From Ramazzottius varieornatus (taxonomy: Eukaryota > Animalia > Tardigrada): 64,000 bases of DNA. Positions 49,601-61,568 of the stretch are shown piece by piece. Both the position numbers and the translations under genes were made by a program. How positions within the stretch are numbered: the first letter of the stretch is position 1; every line of letters begins with the position of its first letter. The notes under the pieces are model-generated. The model worked only from the letters and a program-made list of their open reading frames with translations. It had not been told where the DNA came from and made no database searches. The stretch is taken from assembly GCA_001949185.1 (NCBI GenBank), contig BDGG01000016.1, positions 765,759 to 829,758 of the forward strand, given 5' to 3'.

Positions 49601-52600
49601 AGTCCAAGTAACCAGATGCGGAAGTGGCGGCCCGCTGCTGGTGGGCAGATCGCGAATGACCACACTCAGCGCCATGTCACCAGTGGCAAAGCGTCGGATA
49701 TGCTCCTTGCTGCTCTTATGGCACTGACCATTGGGACACTGTGCTTCCGGCCGGAAGCAGAAGCTTTCCAGGTAGTCACCCAGCGTCAAGTCATTCTTGC
49801 CGTAAAACTCTATGACCAAGATCCAGGGCGAGACACAAAAGGAAGAGGGCGCTTCGTCGGACTCCACGGCGTGAATACTACACAGGATCGACAAACGTTG
49901 ATGTTGGTAGACATCGAAACAGTCCACCGCTTCGTTCTTCACTATGCTGTATGAGGTGGCGGATGAGATCGTTGCTGAGTGGGAAATACTTGGTGTGGCA
50001 CTTGGAAGCGTCGCCTGTGTGGCCGGTATCTTCAATCGACCACCGCTGGCCCGAAAGCTGGCTAGGGACCTCTGGACCGAAGCATCCTCAACAGTCTTCG
50101 TCAAGTGCGCTTGCAGCAAAGCATGGCTCGCTCCTAGACTTTTTTCTTCTGCTTGGACCACGCTTCTTCCTACAGAAGCAACCACCGGGGCGCTATCTTC
50201 CGCACGGGGAACTTCTTCAGGTAAAAGCCTCTTTGACCAAAACGGCAGCTCGCTTGTAGTGTCGGAAATTTGCGAAGGCTTGCCCAATTTTGTGAATAAG
50301 GAAACGGATGGCTGGAATGTTTCAACAAGGCGGTCAAACTTGTCAACTACACTGACTTCCAGTCGGACTTTCGGATCGTTCTGTATGTTCTCTATCGGGT
50401 TTAACTCAGGAGGAGGAATGTGGGCTTGTTGCGTTAGGAGCAGCGCCTTCTCCAGTTTCCAGTTGTACATAGCGTACACCACAAAAGCCAAGATACGCTT
50501 GACTTTGACCAGCGTACTCCGCGTATCCCCACGGAGTACCACCGTGCAACCCAGCTGCTTGGGACACCCTTCCAGGACCATCAGTGCCTTCTCACTGCCA
50601 TCCGGCATCTGGACCGTCTCCACTTCAAACTTCGCACAAGTACCCAAGCGAGGCCGTAGGAAGCGTTCGTCAATCACGCTAAACTTGTCACAGGCTGTGC
50701 AGCGCCCTATGCGCTTCATTGTGCTTGTCTTCACGTTGGCCACTAACGTGATACCTTCCTCGAAGAGGTAGTCCTGAGCTAGACGAGAAACGTTCCGCTC
50801 CACGAACAGAACGTCGGGTTGTAACTCGGAGATCTTCTTGACGTAGTTCCGCAAAAACTCTGCTTCTTGCTACAGTTAAGAACACAATTTATACTCATTT
50901 AAACGCCCGATTTCTAGTACAGTCAGTCCCAACCAAGTTGTCCCCGTTGCGTAAAACATCTGTCACTCCTTTGACGTTTCTCGTGCGACGTCAATGATAA
51001 CCCCTTCAATTTCATATTTCGGGAACCCATTTTCGCTCACAGAAAATTTCATCAAGCCGAAACAAACGTGAGGTAGGCCGAATAAGTGGTCGGACCCGGT
51101 TGGGTGACCAGTGTCACTACAACAAAAATATTACTGAGCTTTACTCTTTTGTCTTGCATTGGAACGTCCAGATATATAAGCCGAAAGCACATACCTTGCT
51201 CTAATAAACAACCTATCTTTCAAAACCCATTCGGCCACAGTAGCAGAGTTGTCACTGAAAAGAGCTCGTCGACTTCGAATTTTCAGGAAAGATTTTTCGG
51301 ACAAAGTCTTCTCGAACAGGGCATAACATTTTCGAAAAGTTTTGATCTTGAAAAATAGCTGGGGAGTCATAGTATCCAATTATCTAATAGAGCAGTTTTT
51401 AGCAGATTTTCGTGCTCTGTCACTTCGAGATTTTTGCCTTTTGCCAAACCGTTAAAAAACAGCTTCTTCCGCAAAGGAATCGATAACATTCAAGCTCGCA
51501 AACCTTCTGATGAAGTTTCTAGACGCTCTCTTATCATATAACAAATGTTTTGGGTCTCCAAATGGATTGAAGTTTGAAAATTCTCTCAAAGTCGAGTTCT
51601 GGTGGATTACTTCCTTGCATATCTCGACACAAAGCAGCGGAGAATATTTCTATGAAAGAAAACCACCGGAGGGACAAATTGGCTGGGGCAGACTGTAATT
51701 CCGATTTGTATTCAGACGGTGTCATACTTTTACTCTACCGTTCTACTATATCACGGCACCTTCCGAGTAGAAAACGTTGGCAAACGATTATATCCAGATC
51801 GTTATGCCAAGTGCCGCACGTTTTCATTGTTATTAGCTGATAGCCTGCGCCACTTGGGAAAACGATTTGGTGATTTCCTTTGCCGACGTCCCAATTGCTC
51901 CGACGGCGGGCTCTGTACCTGCATGATAGGTTCCAAGGAAGAGAACTTGCATTCCACACGCTGATACTCCAGCGCCGATCCATACAGAAGGATCCTCGGG
52001 CTGACCAAGTTCTGTCGCATCTTTCGGTGAGCAACGTTTTTGGAGCAGACGACACCAAAGACCACTCGACTATCACTCGGTACTCCGCCCGGTACCTTCT
52101 TGATATGGACATACTGCCTAATGTCCATGTCGTCCTGACCATGACGAACCTTAGGTTGAACGTGGTCGGTGACGGTGGTAGCCAGTGAGAAGATCAAGGG
52201 CAGCCAATGCTCGTCGGGTAACCCTTCCCATTGCTGTAAGTGCTGAACTAAGTCACAGAGTTTTGCCTGAAAGAGGGTCTCCAGTTCTTGCATAGACTCG
52301 GTTGGTTCTTGAGGCGGTCCGCTATAGTCTGCGTGACGCCAGAGGTTTAACACCTCAGGAATGTTCTGGAAAGCCACCTCTTCGGAGATTTCTCGTCCTT
52401 TACCGCTGGTGTCTGGTGGACCGGTCGGAGAGATGGAGGTGGAAGGCGTCAGACCGGAAGCTGCTTCGCTAAAGTTGGCCAGCTGAGTACTCAGGCTCTG
52501 AAGACTGCCGGATCTGACCACTTTTCCCTTACTCTGTCAAACAACAATAACAAAAGAAATGTGATAGACATCGGCTCGATGTTTTGTGAGATAAGAATTA

Positions 52601-54308
52601 GGCAAGCAAACTCGACAAGATCGTTATTCCTGCTGAAAGCGCGCGCCACTTGGGCAAGTAATCAAGGTCGTTTTTCTCCAGTGGCGCACGCTTGCAGCCA
52701 GTAACATGAAAAACATGCACCACTTGGGAAAAATCTGGTCGAGTTTGTTTGCTAAGATCCCGAATACACTTACTAATTTAGTACGAGTGTAAACTCTACT
52801 GACAAAGCGGACAAAGTAAAGACATTAACTTACCGCGTTGGTAGGAAGGAACAGGTCGAGATTGTCATCACTCGTGTTGGCGTTCCGACTGGATGGTGTG
52901 CCCGAGTTTTGGCGTTGTCTTTCCTGCGGGATCTCCTGCAGCCACGTGGGTTCCTCTCGCTCCAAGTCTAGATTATGTGCGAACAAGTTGACTTCCTCCA
53001 GTTCGTCCGTGACGGTCTTGAGCTTATACAGCACATATTCATCACTAAAGACCATCTCTGCGCTGGTCAAGCACTCTAAGAACTTGAAGTTCAACAGGCC
53101 TTGCCCGATACTGATCGCTAGTCGCCTGTTCTCCTCGGTCTTCCTCCTTGCCTTGATACCACCTTTCCCATGGACAACCAGCCATTCCACGATCTCGGTA
53201 CCAGAGACACAGTCCGCTACGACGCGGAAGCGATGTCGATGTTGCTTGAGCTCTAAGCCATCGTTGGCATGGCTCATCTCTAACCATATCTCCCGTAACT
53301 GTTCGAAAGACAAGCCCGACGCATCATCGGATGGTTTACGGGTGAGTGCCGGTGTGATAACTCGTTCAGTCTGACCACCGAATAGCGCGGGTGTGGGGGA
53401 GTCGGTGGAGGAAGTGAGGATGTAGCGCTGTTCGCCGTGCTGTGCCGAGTCCACAAGGGAGCACTGACGGTAGCTGAGGACGACTTGAGCACAGAAGCTG
53501 CACATGCGAATACTGTTGCTAAAACCCAGGATGTAACCGGGGATCTCTTGGCTGGCGCACTTGTTGCAGAAGATCTGGCCACAGACGCGGCAATGACGAC
53601 GACGACGGAATGTGCTGAATTTAGTACTGCATTCGTAACATTCGTGAGCTAGAGCGTCGGGCAGCCAGTATTGCTGGAAATCTCGATCGCGATATGGATG
53701 CACACTCTGCCAAGGACAAAAATAAACTTTGTTCATAGACTGGCGGAGGTACCTGATATGATTAGGGTAATTACCGTAGGTGTGCCTTTAGCAGCTATAG
53801 CCTTGATCCTCTGCAAGACATTCCCCAAATTCCGATGACGGCTTTCCGTCTGCTGCGCTTCGTCGTCCATAGTAGACGACGATGTGACATCAAGGATATC
53901 CTGGACGATACCGGAACGACGGACATTGCTACTTGCGGGTGATGGAGCGAAGAATCCTCCGCGTGAAGGCTCGGGTGGGGCATCAGACGACGCAACGGAA
54001 GTTGATGTAAGTGGTAACTCCTCGATAGGTGTTACGACATGATGGGCTGTATGTTCTTGTTCCTCGTTATGAAGCGATGACTTTTGAACAGATAGATGAG
54101 TATCGTTTGCACCTGCAAGACCGCGAAGTAGAGAGGGAGCGCAGGGAAGTAAATTAGACAATATGCAGCCGAATAACATTAACGACTCACCTGTTAACTT
54201 CTTCAGGACTCTGGATAGGACCGATTCCTTCTTATCGTTCTCCGTCTCAACAGGCAAAGGGTTGAAGGTCGTCAGGTGGAAGGGATCGTTCTCCCTTGTT
54301 AACGTCAT
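46684..54308 (-). CDS. PIKFYVE: 1-phosphatidylinositol 3-phosphate 5-kinase PIKfyve/Fab1
   Basis: FYVE (WLPD..CYEC..FSTFRRRRHCRVCGQIFC), DEP, CCT-like domain (MDIRQYVHIKKVPGG), GGKSG, FDLKGSLRNR, MDYSLLVG, GIIDYIRTFTWDK. Confidence 0.96.
48701..48777. repeat. Palindromic element, 24-bp spacer (PIKfyve intron)
   Basis: Core 48718-48763. Confidence 0.88.
51777..51892. repeat. Palindromic N25 element (PIKfyve intron)
   Basis: Core 51809-51855. Confidence 0.9.
52600..52761. repeat. Palindromic N25 element, 1.5-mer (PIKfyve intron)
   Basis: Half core 52641-52651 plus full core 52679-52725; arms AAACTCGAC / GTCGAGTTT. Confidence 0.9.
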
Positions 54309-54712
54309 TACTTCGCCAATGAACAGAAAAAGGGACTGCGTCCACCATATACATCATCCAGATAAGTCCAGACTCCAAGATTTTATGGGAATGTGAGATG
54401 GAAAACCACAACAAATGCAACTTTTTCGTCAGTGCTTGATAAATGAACAGCACACGGCTTGCGAAAAATGTGAGTGTGCGACCGGACGAGCTTGCAGTGA
54501 CTACTCGATCGAGAGCCGTACCCTGTCCTCATGACTCATCGTACAAGCAAGCAATCGCAAACTCGCTTCAAGAAAATTAATAAAACGTGACAACAATTTC
54601 TCTACTTTGAAGTTTATTCTCCCTTCCCGGAATTTGTAGTGGCCGACTCATGATCTGGCTCTGGACTGTACAGCTCTGGATGTTATCGCTGCTGTGAGAA
54701 AGTGCTCGGGCA

Positions 54713-56407
54713 ATGCCTATACCGCTAATTCACGTTGGAAACGGACCGCAAATATTCCAGTTAACTCCTTCCTGCTCTACATTCAAGAATGTCTTTCAAC
54801 GCGATACGGGTCTCCCCGCTGATCCGGAGAAGACAGACACCGATGTCCAAGCTGCGACCCCCGAACCTCTGCACAAGAAGCCGAAGAACAGTGCGCGGAG
54901 AAGAGTTCCAAACGTTACCGACTTCATTCTACACCGCGATACATTATCCGCTGCTCCGGTTTTGGCATGGACTGGCCGAAGAGGGCTGTTGACGGCAGCC
55001 AACTCCTCCCCCACACTTCTTGGATGCCATGATCAAACCGGGATGTGGACACCAAGTAGCCGCGCAGCGTTGTATGGAATATTCAAACCCACTCACAGCG
55101 TATGTCATAAATTTGATAATTGCTGCTTTTGAAGGTTGTTTACATCCTCGCGCATGACGTCATCTGCACCTCTGCTGATGACTAATGGGCTCGTGACGTC
55201 ATGCGTCACTTTTGACCTTCTTTGTTAAGTAGGGTTTGTTGTAGTGGAAAGAGTCTATGGGTTTGGGCTCTACATTCGTTACAAAATTTTCTCCCTCCGG
55301 AAAGTTGTTGATGGCTGGTTACGAGAACCGTGTGATAGACATTATCTATGTCAGCCAGAATAGTTCCACCAGAATCGAGAATGGACACAGTGACTGCGTG
55401 AACAACGCGTGCTGGATCGACGAACTTCATTTCGCCACTGGCTCCGATGATCAAAGTACGTAACAGTTTCAAAACAATCACTGTTTCATGGTAATCAACG
55501 GTTTTCGGTTGCAGAGGTTTCCGTGTGGGATGTTCGTAAGTGTACGAGCCCTCTCGCCAGCACCAAAATTTACCACCCTCAGCCGCGTGAGCAGTTTCAT
55601 CTCGGTGAAGCAGATCTGAACATCAAAGACCTCCACTACTTCCCCTCCGAACTTCCTTCCCACCCAGCCTACCTCATCGTGACGACGTTCGCCGCTTCTG
55701 TCTTTCGTCTAGAACTCGCTGCTGACTTTCGGTTACGACTCCCCGCTCCGTGCCTGACATCAGTGCCAGTCAAGAGCGGCTGCAGTCGTTCCGCACTCTT
55801 TCCCGCTGGACATCTCTACGCAGGCAAACTGATAGTCTCGTACCGCGACTCATGCTGTCTAGACATAGTAGATGTTCTTTCTCAGCCTTTAAAACGACCA
55901 AAGGGCGGTAGTACCATTTGCGGAAAGCATGAAGGGCGGTTTACGAAGTTCGAAGAAGAAACTGTCGAACCTTTCCGTAGTCTCACAGTCGATCCAACTG
56001 GCAAAGGTTTCCTGGCAGGACATGCAAGGATAACGAAACTGCATGGTAGAAGGTCGAATGTGACTTATTATTCGCTCCAAGAAGAGCAGGGGAAGTTTAA
56101 ATCCGAAAGGAAGTTATTCTTCCCACAGAAAGGCTCCGAGTCTGTCTACCAGAGTTCCTCCTTCTCGAAGAATGGTTACTTCATAGCCAGTCCGCAAGAC
56201 CGAAGAGTAGATATATTGACCAATGGTGAGAGTTCTCAGCTCTTTAGTGAGCAAAAAGGGGGACCGAAGCAGTTCACCCTGGCTTCCGTGCTGCCTTTCC
56301 CCAAATGTGGGGATATCATTTGCACGGATGTTTCACCCATGGACAACTGTACTGTGGCTTCCGGATGTGAGCTCGGTCATGTTCACCTCTCTCAACCTGC
56401 ATTTTGA
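54713..56407 (+). CDS. DCAF10: WD40 protein, DCAF10/WDR32-like
   Basis: FSPSGKLL..HSDCVNNACWIDELHFATGSDD..VWDVRK; SFSKNGYFIASP; VASGCELGHVHLSQPAF. Divergent. Confidence 0.7.
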
Positions 56408-56747
56408 ATCTGTGATTACGAGAACATAGTTTTAGATTTTGAACGCCTGTTTGAAGAACTTTTATTCTATTTGTTCGATGACTGGATTCTTTTCTGACTG
56501 ACGATTCACACGATTTCATTTCGGAATATTTTTATAGAGCTGCAACTTGATCAGTCGCTTTACGCGACTTGCTTATCGTAACGAAGCAGCGAGAGGAATA
56601 CATCACGTACCAACACAGAAAACGATTCTTTCACAAATGAGATCGCCTCTTCAAACCTGAGCGAATAACGGAGTTAACATCCAGATCACTTCAAACTAGC
56701 ACGAAGTAACAGGTTACCATCTTGGCAGAGAGGGAAAGATCATTTGT

Positions 56748-59520
56748 TTACTGCAAAGAAATTTCAAAGAGCTTGAAAATTTCTCGTCCGGCTCCCAAGT
56801 TAGCGTATCCCTTTGAAGCCTTCTCTCGCAGGTACATCAGCCTGACGAACAGAAGGATCGCGTGAAAGACGTTGTTCCTTCCGTCTGCCAGTTGGAGCAG
56901 CTTGCCGTTATGAAGGATCTGCCACAGCCAAAAATGCCCGACATTAGAAAGAGTTCGCTACTGCGGCTGATTTTGAAGGTCGATTGGACAAACCTGGTAC
57001 TTTGGAGGGTTGGAAGAGGCTTGGTGGATCATGGGCTTCTGGCTATCTTCGTTGCGCCAGTGCTGCAGGTTGCGAAGGACGTAACGGTGGCTGAAACTGC
57101 GCCAGTTGGGAGCGTGAGGATCCGGCGGCAGTAGCACGTCAAAATACGTCACGAAGCAATGCATGATAATCTACAACCATAACCAAAGATGGGGGTGATC
57201 GTGAGGACAAGTCGAAAGTTATGTGATACGAGGACAGAAAGCTCACCGCAGCATCCGTGGGGAGAAAGTCCTGCCACATCTGTCCACCGTACGGCGCTCC
57301 ATTGTTCCAGCTGTAGTCGCCCAAGACGCCGTCCTTCGCCAAATCTACAAAGCCAGAAACACTGACTAAACATTAAAACTGGGCAAACGATTTCAGTCCG
57401 AATACGGAAAGGAATGTTCAGTGTACCTCGAAGTCGTTTGAGGAGGTAGTCTTGCTGTATGGTGATCTCCAGGAAAGGGATGACTTGCATCAGCTCCGGA
57501 ATCTGTTGGCGATACTGCTGTCCGAGCTGGCGCAGCTGATCCGGCGCTGTCTCGCCCACGACGTTGTCCATTCGGGTTCGTTCTTTTAGCTTGACGTTAA
57601 CCTGGTCGATGCGAGTGAGGAGCGGGGAAATGATGGAACCGAACAGCCACATTCGTACATTTTCGGTCCATAGCTACACAAGAAACAGCTCCGTCAGCCA
57701 TACTATGAAAATCTTTCGCTATATCTCTTCTCTTGTAAAGATGGAATGTCAGCAATGATTTTACCCAGATAGTTTCCACAAGCGGCGCACACGCCTGGCC
57801 AATAACAACGCGAATATGCGCCACTTGAGAGAACGATCTGGGTGAATAAGTTTGCCGAGGTTGACGCTGTCTGTCTCAGATACTGTCTTGCGAAATTTTC
57901 GACCATCAGGATTCCATCAGGCGAATGAAATGTATCATCATAAGACAGATCAACCCTTTCCACTACGTTCGCCCAAAATATCGGGGGGTCGGACTAGTGA
58001 GTTTTGATTGCTTACTAATAAGAGTTCGGCGGACACTTTCAGCTGGATCCACGAGTAGTCTTCGACGGGATAGACTTTGTCCTCACCCAGCTGCATGGGT
58101 TGGGCAGCCGTACTTTCATCAGCAGGCGTACTAGGTGTTGCGGAGTTCTTTTTCGGCGATGGAATGCGGAATAGGCCGGACGACTGGTAGTTTTGCTCAC
58201 GAGCCATCTGAGCCAGCGGAGACCAGTTCATGCTTTCGTCATTCTGGAACGACACTACAAACAGAACGAACACAAAATTAATCTCACTTCCCATTATACG
58301 ACCCATTTAGAATCTCAGAAGCAAAAACCATTCCCCGCGACTTCGATTCGATACTAGATTTTACGATTCTTCTAGGTAAGTCGCCAAACAATTTGAGCCA
58401 GGTCATTCTCCGAAGTGGCGCATTCTTCCGGCTATTAAAAACGAAAACGTGCGCCACTTAAGACAGCGATTTGGCTCGGAGGGCAAAACTGGACTTACTG
58501 CGAGATTTCTCCAGGTGTTCTTCTTGGGCCAACAACTTTGCTAAAGCTTCTTGTCCACAGATTTTATCCACTTCTTCGCCTACGAAGAATTAAGTCTGAG
58601 CCTGTTCGGAAAGAAAGGAAAAGACTAGTTAGCGTACGATCGAGAGGGTCCCAGTCTGCAGCAGCCATCACGATGGACGATCCCGGACTGGACGACTTTG
58701 ACGACTGGCCCGATCCAAAAGACCTGTTCCCCGAGCGCTGAAAGCCCCCGGCATGGAACGAGTCATTCCACGTACGATTCGGACTCATTCTGGGGCCAAA
58801 CACCCCCGACAGATTCCGTTGAAAACTACGTTGATGCTGGTGGAAGCTGCCATCGAGGAACGACTGTTGCTCACGCTCCACTCTGTCATCCGCATCCTGC
58901 CTCAGAATGTGCCTTTGCCTGACTTGCCGAGCATAGCTCTCCCTCGTGTCTTTTGGCTGTTCTTTCAACGACAGACGGAAGAAGGCAGTGCTAGCTAGGT
59001 CTATCCCAGCCGGGTAACGCTGGAGAAATGCCAGGGGAAGATGCAACGCGGGGATATTCGACAGCTTGAATATCTCGAAGGCATACACGGCTAAAAGCAG
59101 AAGGGTCAACATGTAAACTGCATAGAAGAGGAATGTGCATTGTCCAGAGCTGAGTAGGGATGTGTGGTTGTCCAAGAAAGCGTTGACTAGCCAGAGAGTC
59201 GGACTGCGGAGGAGCTCTAGAAAGACAAATAGAACGAGGGTGTATAGGAAGGAACGGTGTAGGCGCTGGAGATTGCGTGCGATGGTGAGGCGATGCTCCA
59301 CTTCTGCAGACAGCTGGCGTTCACTGAGAGTGTAGTAATGGACGACGGGAAGACGAAGGAGTCGTTGAAGCGTCCAGACGAGCGGGAAGGAGGAGAACGT
59401 GGAGGAGACAACCGGCATGTTGGCCAGAGCGCTACTCCACCATCTCGGCCACATCCAGCTGTTTTGTGGTCCATCGTTGTAGTCTAGCGTATCTCGGACT
59501 GGACTCCTGGAAGAAAACAT
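56748..59520 (-). CDS. TMEM209: TMEM209-like nuclear envelope protein
   Basis: Two N-terminal TMs, Ser-rich middle, QDYLLKRLR|LAKDGVLGDYSWNNG..W.DFLPTDAA|IIMHCFVTYFD..LPPDP, GRNNVFHAILLF. Confidence 0.8.
57751..57860. repeat. Palindromic N25 element (TMEM209-like intron)
   Basis: Core 57780-57826. Confidence 0.9.
58381..58468. repeat. Palindromic N25 element (TMEM209-like intron)
   Basis: Core 58413-58459. Confidence 0.9.
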
Positions 59521-59607
59521 GGTTGGAAGATCCCGTAATTTGACGAAGAAGTTTATCCCAGCTCCAGTGTAGAACGAGTGGCGTTGATAGGGATTAGAGA
59601 CTGGAGA

Positions 59608-60817
59608 TACAGCTGTTAATGGTTTGAACCATATGGTTTGGTTTGGTTTAAGTGGTGGTTTGCATGCCAAACCGGTTAAATGAAAATGGTTTCTCCCGCA
59701 AACCACCAGAAGTGGTCTGGTCTAAATACCAAACCAGACCATTTAAACCAAACCACATAAACCACCGGTTTGAACCGGTTTGCGAACAGCTTTCTGATAG
59801 AGCACGGAATCTGGCCGCATGCGCTTTACTGTACTGCAGCTGTGCTGCGCTGCAGCGCGTGAACTGACAAAATTTGTGCGGCACTGCACAGCATACAGCA
59901 GAAAGCCATAGACTACCGTGCAGATGCACCTACCAAAACCTAACAAAAATTACAGTTTTTGGGCACTCGAACGTCAGCCGTCTCAGGTTTGCCGTATTTT
60001 AGGGCAACATTCTCCAGGTTGATTACCGATTTCGCTAACTACATTACAAACCACGTCAATACATCGGCGTTCCGCTCAGCTGCACCAGGTCAACGTGCAT
60101 CTGCAGCACAGCTGCTTAGCCACTGGGCATGAAAGTTGTGCAGCACAGCGCAGCGTACAGCGCCCTGGTAATGTGCGCAGAACAGTTACAGCGTACTTTT
60201 GAACCTGCGGCCCAGTGATCTACTTTCTGATCACCAGTACATAGTAAATTCTGACACAGTTTACTTCAATTGACTAATCAACGAAAATAACCACCGAGGA
60301 CATAAGACCTGAGCGACCGTTGCTGTTTTCTCTACAAGCAGACGCAAACAGGCAAAACTGGCGCGTGCTGGAATTAAAAAAGCACCATGGCAAGCCATCC
60401 GGTAGTGCAATCATTTTTCCACCAGCAGTGTTGTCCAACACTGCCGGAACTGCGATTGTTACCTGACGGAAGGCGTAGTTCTGATGTCGCGCAGCTTATG
60501 ACACAGTGCTCACCCAGTTAAAGCTGTGCATCACGTGGCACTCAGAACGATGTGGCTGCGCACGGTGGTAGTGGGGGGAACAGATTGGCACTGTGAGACG
60601 GCCAATTTCGGCCCGACTTCTAGCACAGAATCTGCAGATTTCGTATGAAATATCCCTTTACCGCAAAACATACTAAACCACATAAACCAGTGGTTCATAT
60701 GATTTGGCGTGAGATCGAAACCGGTTTGAGGTGGTCCGGTTTGGATGTCAAACCACGAACCACATAAACCATATAAACCACTTTGTAAGTGGTCTGGTCT
60801 GGGTTTTACCAGCTCTA
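59608..60817. mobile_element. Non-autonomous hAT-type element (1210 bp) upstream of the TMEM209-like ATG
   Basis: 8-bp TSD ACTGGAGA (59600-59607 and 60818-60825), imperfect TIRs TACAGCTGTTAA / TAGAGCTGGTAA, dense subterminal AAACC/GGTTT motifs at both ends. Confidence 0.85.
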
Positions 60818-61568
60818 ACTGGAGAATCTGATGATAATAAACAAATCTGGAAATTCACTCACGAGCTTCGCTAATCACTAATCGCTAGCACAGCCAGGGG
60901 TGCTGGCCTGCACCCCTTAAGCATGCCCAGGGGCCAGGGCCGGAGCGGTCTCATAAAGTAAAAATCGGAGGTGGACTGTGGGCCCCAGAGAGGTCAATGT
61001 TCATTTGAGTCATTTGAGCTGTTAATTGTGGGATTTGCAGTTTTGCATCCCGGTTTTAACAATTTCGAACAACTCAAAGATTGGATTCCGGGAATGAACT
61101 TCTGGTTTCTTTGTCTGTATCCGGAACCTACTCCAGCCATCCAGTTGCTCTCTTGCAACTGATTCTGCTCACAGCGGTACTCGCATAGCTATGCATGTGG
61201 ATGCATAGTCGAGGTTTGTTTGCTCAGAAATATTTCTCGCATTTTGTGGTTTAGTGGCCCGCAATGAACACACGAACAACCACGGCCTACAGTCAGGAGA
61301 CCTCAGATCAGAAAATCCGATGGTCTTGTCGTCGGGCTTGTTTACTCATACTGTTGGGAACGTTGAGTAGTGCTGTCCACGTTCAAGTTGATAAAGAAAG
61401 AAAGTTTTACTCTCCGAAATGATGGATCTGCAGGTAGCCCCACCGGCAAGTCCGGTATTTCCACTGCGCATGAACACGTATACCATTTCCATATCTCGTT
61501 CCACATTTCACTAGATTTTACTAGTCTTGCTATAACACGGAGAGCGAGGCGGTCAATCAGATGTTCTG

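Noticed and set aside
49944-50771. Long antisense ORFs (275 aa here; also 34971-35576, 52838-53374)
   Set aside because: Shadows of conserved sense-strand exons with no recognisable motifs.
9041-58468. CRISPR-like reading of constant repeats flanking fixed-length variable spacers
   Set aside because: Copies are dispersed and inverted rather than tandem direct repeats, the spacers are homologous to one consensus, the context is eukaryotic, and there are no cas genes.
59521-59706. N-terminal extension of the TMEM209-like ORF
   Set aside because: Non-ATG start inside the inserted hAT element.
59620-60810. AAACC/GGTTT repeats as interstitial telomere
   Set aside because: Irregular, in both orientations, and confined to the subtermini of a TSD-flanked element.
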